Source: Rhodospirillales bacterium (GTDB lineage: Bacteria; Pseudomonadota; Alphaproteobacteria; Azospirillales; Azospirillaceae). Taken from it: 36,890 nt of DNA. The position numbers and the translations under genes are program-made. The notes beneath the pieces are model-generated. The model was not told the DNA's origin, did not search any database, and was given only the letters and a program-made list of their open reading frames with translations. The stretch spans positions 1 to 36,890 of the forward strand of contig PLTC01000142.1 of NCBI GenBank assembly GCA_003165295.1, written 5' to 3'. Positions within the stretch are counted from its first letter, which is position 1. Each line of letters opens with the position of its first letter. Positions 36,310 through 36,890 of this stretch are shown here, piece after piece.

Positions 36310-36890
36310 ATGGGGGCGGGCGAGCATAGCGTTGTGGTCCTGGCAGTGGCCATGGCTATCGACGGACTGATCGGGTATCCGGCGGTGCTGTTGCGGACGC
36401 TGGGCCATCCGGTGATGGTTCTCGGGGCGGTGGTCGGCTGGCTTGAGGCGGGATTGAACCGCCCGGACTGGAGTGACCGATGGCGGCGGCTGGCCGGGGT
36501 TGCCGCGGTGCTGGTGCTGATGGCGCTGGTCCTGGCGGTGACGGTGCCCCTGGCCCTGATCTGCCGGGGCTGGAGTCGGGATTGGGGCTGGCTGGTCGAG
36601 GCGCTGCTGGCCGCGACCCTGCTGGCCCAGCGCAGCCTGGGCGAGCATGTGGCGGCGGTGGCCGAGGGCCTTGATCAGGGCCTCGACGAGGGCCGGAGGG
36701 CGGTGGCGAGGATCGTCGGCCGCGATCCCAGGACTCTCGATTCGCCGGCGGTGGCCCGGGCAGCCATCGAAAGCCTGGCCGAAAACTTCTCAGACGGCGT
36801 GGTGGCGCCGGCGTTCTGGCTGGCGGTGGCCGGGTTGCCGGGCATCGCGCTCTATAAGGCGATCAATACCGCCGACAGCATGATCGGCCA
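36310..36890 (+). CDS. cbiB: adenosylcobinamide-phosphate synthase (CbiB/CobD membrane protein), 5' part; the gene runs off the window
   Basis: Open frame from ATG 36310 to the window end. It contains the family signature HPVMVLGAVVGWLEAGLNR (HPV..LG..I..LE) plus TM helices. It is absent from the ORF track only because no stop codon falls within the window. Confidence 0.75.
   Translation, partial: MGAGEHSVVVLAVAMAIDGLIGYPAVLLRTLGHPVMVLGAVVGWLEAGLNRPDWSDRWRRLAGVAAVLVLMALVLAVTVPLALICRGWSRDWGWLVEALLAATLLAQRSLGEHVAAVAEGLDQGLDEGRRAVARIVGRDPRTLDSPAVARAAIESLAENFSDGVVAPAFWLAVAGLPGIALYKAINTADSMIG

Noticed and set aside
1-36890. Mobile elements (IS or transposase genes with terminal inverted repeats)
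   Set aside because: No transposase, integrase or recombinase-like ORF is present. The only repeated DNA is the ~50-nt intergenic element at 189-243 and 7081-7135, which has no coding capacity.

Overview
This window is high-GC (about 65-68% overall) and gene-dense, with organisation, codon usage and gene content typical of an alphaproteobacterial (Rhodospirillales-like) chromosome; the taxonomic guess is inference only. I can support about 27 protein-coding genes, with no rRNA, tRNA, CRISPR array, or IS/transposase/integrase gene.

Gene content, left to right:
- 284-3655 (-): the start of a polysaccharide export operon: Stf0-like sulfotransferase with a C-terminal coiled coil, then Wzm permease, then Wzt ATPase with a C-terminal glycan-binding extension.
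- 3906-4499 (-): HupE/UreJ metal transporter.
- 4704-6974 (+): a lipoprotein followed by a Hanks-type Ser/Thr kinase with an unusual C-terminal polytopic membrane anchor.
- 7212-9170 (-): malate synthase A, then a DUF4170 protein.
- 9397-18979 (-): ten consecutive genes: TonB-dependent receptor, Tat-exported PlcN/AcpA-family phosphoesterase, tonB, exbB, exbD, exbD, TPR protein, lipoprotein.
- 19702-23984 (-): a flotillin-like SPFH gene translationally coupled to a Pat-type acyl-CoA-synthetase/GNAT protein acetyltransferase.
- 24139-25851 (-): methyl-accepting chemotaxis protein.
- 26023-28717 (-): YfiR-like (DUF4154) gene plus a TonB-dependent receptor.
- 29512-32944 (+): SPINDLY/OGT-like TPR glycosyltransferase, then an MscS channel fused to a cNMP-binding domain.
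- 33010-36890: hypothetical gene, cobQ, threonine-phosphate decarboxylase (cobD), and the start of cbiB.

Non-coding structure worth a second look:
- a roughly 125-nt intergenic block of four consecutive perfect hairpins closed by an 8-bp inverted repeat (6984-7107), part of which recurs at 189-243;
- two strongly AT-rich intergenic islands (about 45% GC) upstream of both TonB-dependent receptor operons;
- recurring TGACAG/CTGTCA inverted repeats inside the ton cluster.

Many long ORFs on the opposite strand of real genes are high-GC shadow frames and are rejected.
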